A stretch of DNA of 64,000 nucleotides, from assembly GCA_013288555.1 (NCBI GenBank), contig JABDBQ010000010.1:2030-66029 (forward strand). Direction: 5' to 3'. The first letter of the stretch is position 1, and every line of letters begins with the position of its first letter. The DNA is from Bacteroidota bacterium (lineage in GTDB: Bacteria; Bacteroidota; Bacteroidia; CAILMK01). The notes under the pieces are model-generated. The model was not told the origin of the DNA and searched no databases. It worked only from the letters and a program-made list of their open reading frames with translations. The translations under genes and the position numbers were made by a program. Positions 46,630-55,064 of this stretch are shown piece by piece.

Positions 46630-47949
46630 ATGACTGAAGATTTTCTACACTTCATCTGGAAATATAAAAATTTCGATGCCAGGTACCTGGAAACAATTGA
46701 TGGAAAGGAAATTAAAATCATTAATTCCGGGGAATACAATACCCATTCAGGGCCAGATTTTTTAAATGCCCAGGTCATTATCGGTGGTACCCACTGGGCG
46801 GGTAATATTGAATTGCATCTGAAAACATCAGACTGGACAGCGCACAATCATTCCAGTGATCCGGCCTATGAAAATGTGATTCTTCATGTTGTATTTGATC
46901 ATGATACCCCTACCGCCATACCTGAAAACAGGCCTTTACTGGCTCTCAAACACCGGATTCACTCAAATACACATGCGAAATTCGAAATCCTGAAAAAACA
47001 GCATAATATCATTCCTTGTGAGCCATTCATTAAAGGTGTAAATGATATTATTGTAACAGGATGGCTTGACAGGATGCTCGCCGAACGGCTCGAATACAAA
47101 ACGGATTATATTAAAAAGCTACTGCATCAAAACAAGAATGACTGGGCAGAAACTGCATACCAACTCACAGGAAGAAATTTCGGTTTCAAAGTAAATGCAG
47201 AACCCTTTGAAAAACTGACCCGAATTATTCCTCACAAGATATTAGCCAGGCACAAAAACAATTTCCCGCAAATTGAAGCCATGCTTTTTGGGCAGGCAGG
47301 CTTTTTACAGGAAGTATACACTGATCCTTATCCTGAAGCCCTTAGAAAGGAATACCGGTTCCTGGCAGGAAAGTATAATTTTACTCCAAACCGAAAATCA
47401 GAATGGAAATTTTTAAGATTAAGACCTGGCAATTTCCCTACGATCAGGATTTCGCAATTTGCCGCCTTAATTCATAAATCAGAACATTTGTTTTCTAAAA
47501 TACTGGAAGTGAATGATATCAAAAAAGCCATTTCATTCTTTGATGTTAAAGCCAGCGATTACTGGAAAACGCATTATACTTTTGATACGCCCGCAGCATC
47601 AAAATCTTCAGGCGCGTTAGGGAAAGACAGCATTTATAACCTGCTAATCAATACGGTAGCACCTTTACTATTCAGCTATGGCCATATAAAAAACGAGCCA
47701 AAATATAAAGATGTAGCCATGAATCTCCTCGAAAACTGCCCGAAGGAATTGAATACTATCACCAAATCTAGTGTTAACCTGGGTTTTCAAAATAAAAATG
47801 CTTATGATTCGCAGGCGCTCATTCATCTCAGGAATGAACACTGCAGCAAACAATTATGTTTAACTTGTGGTATCGGGGCAGCGATACTAAAAACAGAAGA
47901 CTCTGGTTTAACCAAAAACAATATTCAATTAACGGGCTTTTTGGCCTGA
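46630..47949 (+). CDS. DUF2851 family protein
   Basis: MTEDFLHFIWKYK...SG.YN.HSGPDF.NA...I.G..W.GN(I/V)E.H.K.SDW..H.H is the characteristic N-terminus. C-terminal C..CLTCGIG. Confidence 0.7.
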   Translation: MTEDFLHFIWKYKNFDARYLETIDGKEIKIINSGEYNTHSGPDFLNAQVIIGGTHWAGNIELHLKTSDWTAHNHSSDPAYENVILHVVFDHDTPTAIPENRPLLALKHRIHSNTHAKFEILKKQHNIIPCEPFIKGVNDIIVTGWLDRMLAERLEYKTDYIKKLLHQNKNDWAETAYQLTGRNFGFKVNAEPFEKLTRIIPHKILARHKNNFPQIEAMLFGQAGFLQEVYTDPYPEALRKEYRFLAGKYNFTPNRKSEWKFLRLRPGNFPTIRISQFAALIHKSEHLFSKILEVNDIKKAISFFDVKASDYWKTHYTFDTPAASKSSGALGKDSIYNLLINTVAPLLFSYGHIKNEPKYKDVAMNLLENCPKELNTITKSSVNLGFQNKNAYDSQALIHLRNEHCSKQLCLTCGIGAAILKTEDSGLTKNNIQLTGFLA

Positions 47950-47994
47950 AACTTGCCTTTTGCTGGTAAATTATTATATATTTGTAACTGATTT

Positions 47995-48225
47995 ATGTTA
48001 GTAATCGATAAAATTAAAGGCTTCTGCGAACTGAGAATGTTCGGCGTTTTATCGCTCATTGGTGAGCGTATGGGTATTGCGACTTCTAAAATCAGGATGT
48101 TTTTTATTTATATTACTTTCCTCGGTTTTGGCTCACCCATATTTATTTACCTTATTGTGGCCTTTGTCATCAACATTGGCAAATATGTCCGCGCACGCAA
48201 AAGAAACCCGGTCTGGGATTTTTAA
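47995..48225 (+). CDS. PspC domain-containing small membrane protein
   Basis: 76 aa. GV...IGERMGI..SKIRMFFI followed by a TM helix. Confidence 0.55.
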   Translation: MLVIDKIKGFCELRMFGVLSLIGERMGIATSKIRMFFIYITFLGFGSPIFIYLIVAFVINIGKYVRARKRNPVWDF

Positions 48226-48265
48226 GTTAATTAGTTGTAAGTAGTTAGTAATTAGTGGTCAGTTA
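48224..48265. repeat. Heptamer array (TNAGTNR x6), left flank of the four-helix-bundle gene
   Basis: aagttaa ttagttg taagtag ttagtaa ttagtgg tcagtta. Reverse complement of the word family at 48650-48698. Confidence 0.85.
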
Positions 48266-48285
48266 AAATCCAAATGAATTAGCAC

Positions 48286-48636
48286 ATGGTAATTCAAAAA
48301 TTTGAAGATATAATTGCCTAGCAAAAAGCAAAGGATTTGGCTAAGGAAATTTATTTAACATTTGGACCTTTAAAAGACTTCGGATTCAGAGACCAGATAA
48401 CAAGGGCCGCAATTTCCATATCAAATAATATTGCGGAAGGGTTTGATAGAGGTAGTAATGCAGATTTTCGCCGATTTTTATATTTTTCACTTGGCTCCTG
48501 TAGTGAAGTTAGATCAATGTTATATGTTGCAGAAGAGTTGAACTATATTAGTTTAGAAAAACGTAATTTATTAATTGAACAAAGCTCAGAAATTTCCAAA
48601 GTTATTAGTGGATTTATCAAATCAATTTCCAAGTAG
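48286..48636 (+). pseudogene. Four-helix-bundle protein (23S rRNA intervening-sequence protein family) with an in-frame TAG at 48319-48321
   Basis: From ATG 48286 it reads MVIQKFEDIIA*QKAKDLAKEIYLTF.... The family N-terminus is normally ...(V/A)WQKA..L...IY, so TGG(Trp)->TAG. The downstream part (track ORF from TTG 48337) has RDQITRAAISISNNIAEGFDRGSNADFRRFLYFSLGSCSEV, the family core. Confidence 0.7.
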
Positions 48637-48649
48637 TCATAACAAATGA

Positions 48650-48698
48650 TTACTAACTACTAACTACTATTTACTGATTACTAACTACTGACTACAAT
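48650..48698. repeat. Heptamer array (YTACTRA x7), right flank of the four-helix-bundle gene
   Basis: ttactaa ctactaa ctactat ttactga ttactaa ctactga ctacaat. Inverted relative to 48224-48265. Confidence 0.85.
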
Positions 48699-50206
48699 TA
48701 AATAATCCTGAACATCCTATCCCACCTGATGGTCTTGTACCATGGCACATCATGATCGAGTGATAACCAGATAATAAGTGGTTTGCCAACGATATGATCT
48801 TCAGGAACAAAACCCCAGTATCGACTATCTAAAGAATTATCCCGGTTATCGCCCATCATGAAATAATAATCCATTTTCATGACATATTCTTTAATGGGTT
48901 TGCCATTCAGCAATACCTGATTTCCAACAAGAGTCAGTGATGGATTTTGTTCATATTCCCTGATGGCTTTTTGATATGTATAATAATTTCTGACTGTCAT
49001 ACGAATATGATCACCTTTGCGGGGAATATAAATCGGGCCATAAAAATCTTTGCTCCAGTCTATTCCCGGATATCCCGGAAATAAACCTGCAGTAGGTGTT
49101 ATGGTCTTTGGGTCAGTAATAATCTGAACATCCTTAATACCCGGCCATGTTTTTAATTCTTTGGCCGCATTGGCTGTCATCAGAATTCTAATGGCATCCA
49201 CTTCACCGGTTGCAGGGTCTGAATCAATACTTCTGAAATCAAGGACAGAATCATTCGCATCAATGCCCAGCTTCCTGAACTTTGCCAGCAGGCCATTTCT
49301 CCTCATATGTTTGGAATGCTGATATTCAGCAATTTCATCACACAGATCATTGTATTCTTCTTTATTAGACCATATTACGCGGTATAATTGTTGCCCATTT
49401 GGAGGATTGCCCAATATCTTTCCATTTATAAATGTTTCCCGGTTCACAATCTGCAAACTATCACCCGGAATGGCAATACATCTTTTAATCAGGTTTTCTT
49501 TTTTATCGACCGGATATCCGGGATTTTCGGCAGGAGCGTTGAATACTACTATATCTCCATTTTTGATTTTTTCCAATCCAGGCAATCGGTAATAGGGTAA
49601 TGATGGCCAGTCTAAAAATGATTGTCCGCCTATAAGCGGCATTGTGTTATGAACCAATGGCAAAGCCAATGGGGTCATTGGAATCCTGGCTCCAAAATTG
49701 ATTTTAGAAACCATTAAATAATCATCCACCTTTAAAGTTTCCTCCATGGATGGAGTTGGTATCGTATAAGCTTCAATGCAGCCAGATCTAATGACCGTTG
49801 CCGCAATCATTGCAAATATTACTGCATCAACCCACTCACGACCCAATGTTCTTACATAGGCCGTCCGAGCATAATCTGGACCATAAAATTTCTCGTTCTT
49901 TGAAAAGCCTAAATAAGGAAAGTATAAAAACCCACCGATTACTGCAAGTCCCTGCTCTGCCAGGCTGAACTTACCAAAGCATTTGGCCATTTCTACAAGA
50001 ATCACAAAGGCAAAAAGAAGGTTAAGCCCCGGCAGGAAAATAAAAATAATCCACCAAAGAGGTTTTTCTATTATCCTGAGGATGGTAATTTCATTATAAA
50101 CAGGGACAAAAGCTTCCCATCCTTTTTTACCTGCTTTCTGGAAAACCTTGTAAAATGCGAGGCCATTCACAATATAGAATAAGGCCAGATAGATGATAAA
50201 TACCAT
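48698..50206 (-). CDS. lepB: Signal peptidase I, long Bacteroidota form with N-terminal multi-pass membrane (DUF5684-like) region, copy 1
   Basis: Catalytic Ser box TIPTPSMEETL, Lys box LIKRCIAIPGD and C-terminal GDNRDNSLDSRYWGFVPEDHIVGKP. Confidence 0.9.
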   Translation of the reverse strand: MVFIIYLALFYIVNGLAFYKVFQKAGKKGWEAFVPVYNEITILRIIEKPLWWIIFIFLPGLNLLFAFVILVEMAKCFGKFSLAEQGLAVIGGFLYFPYLGFSKNEKFYGPDYARTAYVRTLGREWVDAVIFAMIAATVIRSGCIEAYTIPTPSMEETLKVDDYLMVSKINFGARIPMTPLALPLVHNTMPLIGGQSFLDWPSLPYYRLPGLEKIKNGDIVVFNAPAENPGYPVDKKENLIKRCIAIPGDSLQIVNRETFINGKILGNPPNGQQLYRVIWSNKEEYNDLCDEIAEYQHSKHMRRNGLLAKFRKLGIDANDSVLDFRSIDSDPATGEVDAIRILMTANAAKELKTWPGIKDVQIITDPKTITPTAGLFPGYPGIDWSKDFYGPIYIPRKGDHIRMTVRNYYTYQKAIREYEQNPSLTLVGNQVLLNGKPIKEYVMKMDYYFMMGDNRDNSLDSRYWGFVPEDHIVGKPLIIWLSLDHDVPWYKTIRWDRMFRII

Positions 50207-50262
50207 ACGACTTGATTTTAGTTCTTGCCGTTTTCAACGGAAAAAATAAAACAATATTGTAT

Positions 50263-50332
50263 GTCAGGGATCAGGAGTAAGTGATAAGGGGTAAGTCCAA
50301 TACTAATGCCTTTCGCCTTAAGCCTTACGACT
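50263..50332. repeat. Heptamer array (~10 units) between lepB copies 1 and 2
   Basis: gtcaggg atcagga gtaagtg ataaggg gtaagtc caatact aatgcct ttcgcct taagcct tacgact. The first half is the reverse-complement 'sentence' of 37714-37746 minus one unit. Confidence 0.8.
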
Positions 50333-50335
50333 AAA

Positions 50336-51844
50336 TTAAATAACCTTAAACATCCTGTTCCAGCGAACCAGTTTATACCAGGGAACATCATGATCCAATG
50401 ATAGCCAGATAATAAGCGGCTTACCCACAACATGGTCCTCTGGAACAAATCCCCAGTAGCGACTGTCTTCAGAATTGTCACGGTTATCGCCCATCATGAA
50501 ATAATAATCCATTTTCATAACGTATTCTTTAATCGGCTGCCCGTCAAGCATTACCTGGTTGCCAACCAATGTCAGAGAAGGATTGTTTTCATAATCCCTT
50601 ATGGCTTTTTGATAAACATAATAATTGCTTACAGTCATTGGGATATGATCGCCTTTTTTTGGAATATATAAAGGGCCGTAATTGTCTTTGCTCCATTGCA
50701 TTCCAGGAAAATCAGGAAATACCTTTCCGTCCACACTATCTTCTTTAGGTTCTGTCATGACTTGAACATCTTTAATTTCCGACCATGTTTTTAGTTGTTT
50801 GGCGGCATTGGGAGTCATCAGAATTTTCATACCAATCCTTGCTCCCGTCTTAGGATCTATTTCTGGACCACGTATATCCTGTATCCTTTCGCTGGCATCA
50901 ATCCCCAAATCTTTAAATTTCATAAGTTGTCCGCCAATCAGGTATTTGTGTGAAACTTGAAAAGATTCAAGTTCATTATAAAGATCATTATATAGAGTTG
51001 TATCTGACCACAATACTCGATACCCTTCTTCAATATTAGCTGGGTCGGGCAAAATTTTACCATTGACAAATATTGATCTTTCTATAATTTGAATTGAATC
51101 TCCAGGGGCGGCAACACATCTCTTGATATAATAATCCTTTCGGTCTACTGGTCTGCCAAGATTTTCAGCAGGGAAATTAAATACTACCAGGTCATTGTTA
51201 TGTATTTTTTGAAATCCCGGAAACCTGAAATATGGGAGTTGCAACCATGTTACATAAGATGGCCCGCCAAAATATGGCATCATGTTATGGGTAAATGGAA
51301 AACCAATTGGGGTCATCGGAATTCTAGGCCCATATGATAGTTTCGAGACCATAACGTAGTCATCAACCATTAATGTTTCTTCACTTGATGGAGTCGGAAT
51401 AGTAAAGAATTCAAACACAAAAGACCTAATAAATACAATGATCAATACCACACTTAAAAAAGTACCAATCCAATCCAAAGCAGGTGACCGATTATTATTA
51501 ATTTTTGCATATTCAGATCCATAAAAATTTTCATTTGTTGAGAATCCTAAGTAAGGGATATAAATAAATGAAAATAGAACGCCTAAAACATGCTGACCGA
51601 ATTTTAACCTCCCAAAACATTTCAGAAGTTCAACGGCAACCACGACACCAAAAAAATAATTTAGTCCAGGGATAAATAAGAATATTATCCACCAGGCAGG
51701 TTTGCCAACTATCTTTAGCAGAGTAATTTCCCCATAGATTGGAATAAAAGCCTTCCAAGTATTTTCCGACGCCTTTTGATAAATTCTAAAGAGAAGTACA
51801 CCTCTTACGAAATAAATACCAACCAGAAAAATTAGAAATAGCAT
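50336..51844 (-). CDS. lepB: Signal peptidase I, long form, copy 2
   Basis: TIPTPSSEETL, YIKRCVAAPGD, GDNRDNSEDSRYWGFVPEDHVVGKP. Confidence 0.9.
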   Translation of the reverse strand: MLFLIFLVGIYFVRGVLLFRIYQKASENTWKAFIPIYGEITLLKIVGKPAWWIIFLFIPGLNYFFGVVVAVELLKCFGRLKFGQHVLGVLFSFIYIPYLGFSTNENFYGSEYAKINNNRSPALDWIGTFLSVVLIIVFIRSFVFEFFTIPTPSSEETLMVDDYVMVSKLSYGPRIPMTPIGFPFTHNMMPYFGGPSYVTWLQLPYFRFPGFQKIHNNDLVVFNFPAENLGRPVDRKDYYIKRCVAAPGDSIQIIERSIFVNGKILPDPANIEEGYRVLWSDTTLYNDLYNELESFQVSHKYLIGGQLMKFKDLGIDASERIQDIRGPEIDPKTGARIGMKILMTPNAAKQLKTWSEIKDVQVMTEPKEDSVDGKVFPDFPGMQWSKDNYGPLYIPKKGDHIPMTVSNYYVYQKAIRDYENNPSLTLVGNQVMLDGQPIKEYVMKMDYYFMMGDNRDNSEDSRYWGFVPEDHVVGKPLIIWLSLDHDVPWYKLVRWNRMFKVI

Positions 51845-51891
51845 ATTGTTTCCTAATTGTCATTCATAGCCAATCCTGGCAATTTATGTTT

Positions 51892-53412
51892 TTATATAGT
51901 CTTAAACATCCTGTTCCAGCGAACCAGTTTATACCATGGAACATCATGGTCCAGTGATAACCAGATAATGAGCGGTTTACCTACGACATGATCTTCAGGA
52001 ACAAATCCCCAGTAGCGACTGTCTTCAGAATTGTCGCGGTTATCGCCCATCATGAAATAATAGTCCATTTTCATGACGTATTCTTTAATCGGCTGCCCGT
52101 CAAGCATTACCTGGTTGCCAACCAACGTCAGAGAAGGGTTGTCTTCATAATCCCTTATGGCCTTTTGATAAACATAATAATTCCTTACCGTCATCGGGAT
52201 ATGATCACCTTTTTTGGGTAAATATAAAGGGCCGTAATTGTCTTTGCTCCATTGCATTCCAGGAAAATCAGGGAATAACTTGTTGGGATCAGAATTGCTT
52301 CCCATAGGATCTGTCATGATTTTTACATCCTTAATCCCTGACCATGTTCTTAATTCTGTGGCTGTTTTGGAAGTCATCAAAATCTTTAGTGCATTCGGTG
52401 TTCTTACAGTATTGGTCATCGGATCAATATCTCTTCCCCTGATGTCTTGTATCGCCTGGCTGGCATCTATTCCTATGGTCTTGAATTCCGCAAGTTGACC
52501 ATTTTTCGGCATTTTCAGGGTGCGCTCATATTCATCCAATTCGTTTAACAGATCATCAAACTTTTCTTTATCAGACCAAATTACGAGGTATTGTTCTTGT
52601 GCTGTTATAGGTTTTGGCAATTCTTTACCGTTTATTAGTGTCCTGCGGTCTACAATTCTCAATGTATCACCCGGTATGGCAATGCAGCGCTTGATATAAT
52701 TGTCTTTTTTATCAACTGGTCTTCCCAGGTTTTCTGCGGGATAATTAAAAACCACAATATCTCCATTTTTGATTTTCTGGAAACCCGGAAGCCTATAATA
52801 AGGTATATGCGGCCACTCTATATACGATTGTCCGCCTATGATTGGCATCACATTATGAGCCAATGGAAATGCAAGTGGGGTCATCGGTATGCGAGCGCCA
52901 TAATTAATTTTGGAAACAAAAAGATAATCATCCACCATCAGTGTTTCTTCTAATGAAGGAGTCGGTATAGTGTATGCCTCGATATAAAAAGAGCGGATTA
53001 CTGTAGCAGCTATAAGGGCAAAGATGATCGCATCCGTCCATTCGCGGCCAACAGTACGTTTAAAAGCTGTGCGACCATATTCTGCACCAAAAAACTTTTC
53101 GTTTTCAGAAAAACCTAAATATGGAAAATAGATAAAGCCAACGAGTACGGCACAGGCCTGTTCCCATAGTTTGAATTTGCCGAAACATTTGGCCAGTTCT
53201 ACCAATACCACAAAAGCGAAAAGAAGATTGAGTCCGGGGAAAAAAATAAAAATCACCCACCAGATGGGCCTTTCTATGATTTTGAGAATGGTAATCTCAT
53301 TATAAACAGGAATGAAAGCTTCCCAGCCTTTTTTGCCGGCTTTTTGAAATGCCTTGAAAAAAGCAAGGCCATTGACGATATAAAACAGAACCAGGTAAAT
53401 TAGAAAATGCAT
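51892..53412 (-). CDS. lepB: Signal peptidase I, long form, copy 3
   Basis: TIPTPSLEETL, YIKRCIAIPGD, GDNRDNSEDSRYWGFVPEDHVVGKP. Confidence 0.9.
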   Translation of the reverse strand: MHFLIYLVLFYIVNGLAFFKAFQKAGKKGWEAFIPVYNEITILKIIERPIWWVIFIFFPGLNLLFAFVVLVELAKCFGKFKLWEQACAVLVGFIYFPYLGFSENEKFFGAEYGRTAFKRTVGREWTDAIIFALIAATVIRSFYIEAYTIPTPSLEETLMVDDYLFVSKINYGARIPMTPLAFPLAHNVMPIIGGQSYIEWPHIPYYRLPGFQKIKNGDIVVFNYPAENLGRPVDKKDNYIKRCIAIPGDTLRIVDRRTLINGKELPKPITAQEQYLVIWSDKEKFDDLLNELDEYERTLKMPKNGQLAEFKTIGIDASQAIQDIRGRDIDPMTNTVRTPNALKILMTSKTATELRTWSGIKDVKIMTDPMGSNSDPNKLFPDFPGMQWSKDNYGPLYLPKKGDHIPMTVRNYYVYQKAIRDYEDNPSLTLVGNQVMLDGQPIKEYVMKMDYYFMMGDNRDNSEDSRYWGFVPEDHVVGKPLIIWLSLDHDVPWYKLVRWNRMFKTI

Positions 53413-53430
53413 TAAGTTTTTATGTTTAGT

Positions 53431-54162
53431 TTAAAATCCAAATATGTCACTGGCAGTATAAACGCCTTTTTTATCTTTGATGAACTCGCTGGCAATAACT
53501 GCACCAAAAGCAAAACCCTTGCGATTGAAGGCTTCATGAGAGATCTGAATCTCATCAATTTCAGAAGTATATTTCACTTTATGTATTCCCGGGACCCCGT
53601 CTTTGCGGTCGAATACAATTTTTAATAGTTCATTATCTATTGCTTTTGGCAGGTTGATGTCCTGTTTTTGCCACCCTTTTTTCCTATCAATATTCTCAAT
53701 AATTCCATCAGCAAGCGTTATGGCCGTTCCGCTGGGAGAATCAAGCTTCTGTGTATGGTGTACTTCTTCTACTTCCACATTATAATCAGGATAAGAATTC
53801 ATCCATTTTGCAAGGATTTTGTTCATGGCAAAAAGCATATTCACACCCACACTATAGTTGCTGGCATAAACAAGGCTTCCATCTTTTTCGTCGGCCAGCT
53901 GTTTCACGGAATCGAGTTGTTCATACCAACCCGTAGTACCCACTACAACGGGTACTCCTGCCTCAAGGCAAAGACTGATATTTGCAATGGCAGATGCAGG
54001 AGCGGTAAATTCAATGGCAACATCCCCGGTTTTCAGGTCGCCGGGTTTGATGGTATCACGATTTTCCACATCAATTTTCATGACGATCTCATGTCCTCTT
54101 GAAAGGGCTACTTCTTCTATGATATGGCCCATTTTGCCATATCCAAACAATATAATTTTCAA
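53431..54162 (-). CDS. dapB: 4-hydroxy-tetrahydrodipicolinate reductase
   Basis: MKIILFGYGKMG (NAD(P) fold), VVGTTGW and EVHHTQKLDSPSGTA motifs. Confidence 0.9.
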   Translation of the reverse strand: MKIILFGYGKMGHIIEEVALSRGHEIVMKIDVENRDTIKPGDLKTGDVAIEFTAPASAIANISLCLEAGVPVVVGTTGWYEQLDSVKQLADEKDGSLVYASNYSVGVNMLFAMNKILAKWMNSYPDYNVEVEEVHHTQKLDSPSGTAITLADGIIENIDRKKGWQKQDINLPKAIDNELLKIVFDRKDGVPGIHKVKYTSEIDEIQISHEAFNRKGFAFGAVIASEFIKDKKGVYTASDIFGF

Positions 54163-54163
54163 G

Positions 54164-54862
54164 CTACCTGATATTAAATTTAAGCCCGCAAGTTACAACA
54201 GGCTGGTTTCCTAACATAGACAAATTTATAGGCTCTATCCGCATCGACAAATCATTGCTGATATCAAATTCCCTGAGATGTGTGAACACATAGGCATCCA
54301 GGATATTCGCTACATACCATACGGAAGCAATAATGATGGTTAGATCCCTGTTTCGGCGGTAATATTCACGGTTAGCAACAATATCATTGGGGTCTAAAAT
54401 TTTGTTTACTCCCTTGTAGGGATTTCGTGGATCATAAACATCGTAATGATGGTTGTTGGTATCCAGTATGGTAGCAAACCTCAATCTGGCGGCATTTCTA
54501 TAATTAATATAATTGGTATCGTTCCACCAGATAATATAGCCCATAACAGCGAATCCTGCGTATATAATCGGCACATGCCACCATGTATCATGATGCGTTG
54601 CTTGTCCCCAACCTGGTATAATTGCAGATTTTAGGGCAGCTTTATCAGGTTCAGAAAGATGTTTGTGTTTTGGAGCGGCGGTATCCGTTTTAGAAGAATC
54701 TCTGGCAGATGCTGTGGCTACAGAATCTTTTTTTGGATTTTTAAACTGGGCGTTTGCAATAGGTGACGAAACCAATATTAAAAACAAAACTGCGCCACAG
54801 ATTATTATCTTTCTTACATATAGGTTAAAATTCAAACGCCTTTTTATTTTCCTCGTGAACAT
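54164..54862 (-). CDS. DUF5683 domain-containing membrane protein
   Basis: Central AALKSAIIPGWGQ...WW(H)VPIIY core and position immediately upstream of dapB, as in many Bacteroidota. I prefer ATG 54862 (MFTRKIKRR...) to the TTG at 54889 used by the track. Confidence 0.7.
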   Translation of the reverse strand: MFTRKIKRRLNFNLYVRKIIICGAVLFLILVSSPIANAQFKNPKKDSVATASARDSSKTDTAAPKHKHLSEPDKAALKSAIIPGWGQATHHDTWWHVPIIYAGFAVMGYIIWWNDTNYINYRNAARLRFATILDTNNHHYDVYDPRNPYKGVNKILDPNDIVANREYYRRNRDLTIIIASVWYVANILDAYVFTHLREFDISNDLSMRIEPINLSMLGNQPVVTCGLKFNIR

Positions 54863-55064
54863 AATAATGTTTCGGACTATATATTTCAAGCCCGCAAGTT
54901 ACAAACGCTAGGTTTCTCAACATAGGGATATTTACCTGATAATTTTTCTAAGTAAAAAAAACAGAAATAAATCCATGAATAATTTCCTCTCTCACAATCC
55001 TTCATATTTTGTTAACATATTAACTTAATTCTTAGCATTTTTGCTATGAAATAAAATTGAAGTC

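Noticed and set aside
50226-50245. Hairpin CCGTTTTCAACGG as the terminator of lepB copy 2
   Set aside because: On the minus (coding) strand the T-run precedes rather than follows the stem, and on the plus strand an A-run follows it. This is not a canonical intrinsic terminator in either orientation.
50218-50481. 87-aa minus-strand ORF spanning the lepB copy1-copy2 spacer
   Set aside because: It overlaps the 3' end of lepB copy 2 out of frame and otherwise reads through the stop-free heptamer array. No supporting features.
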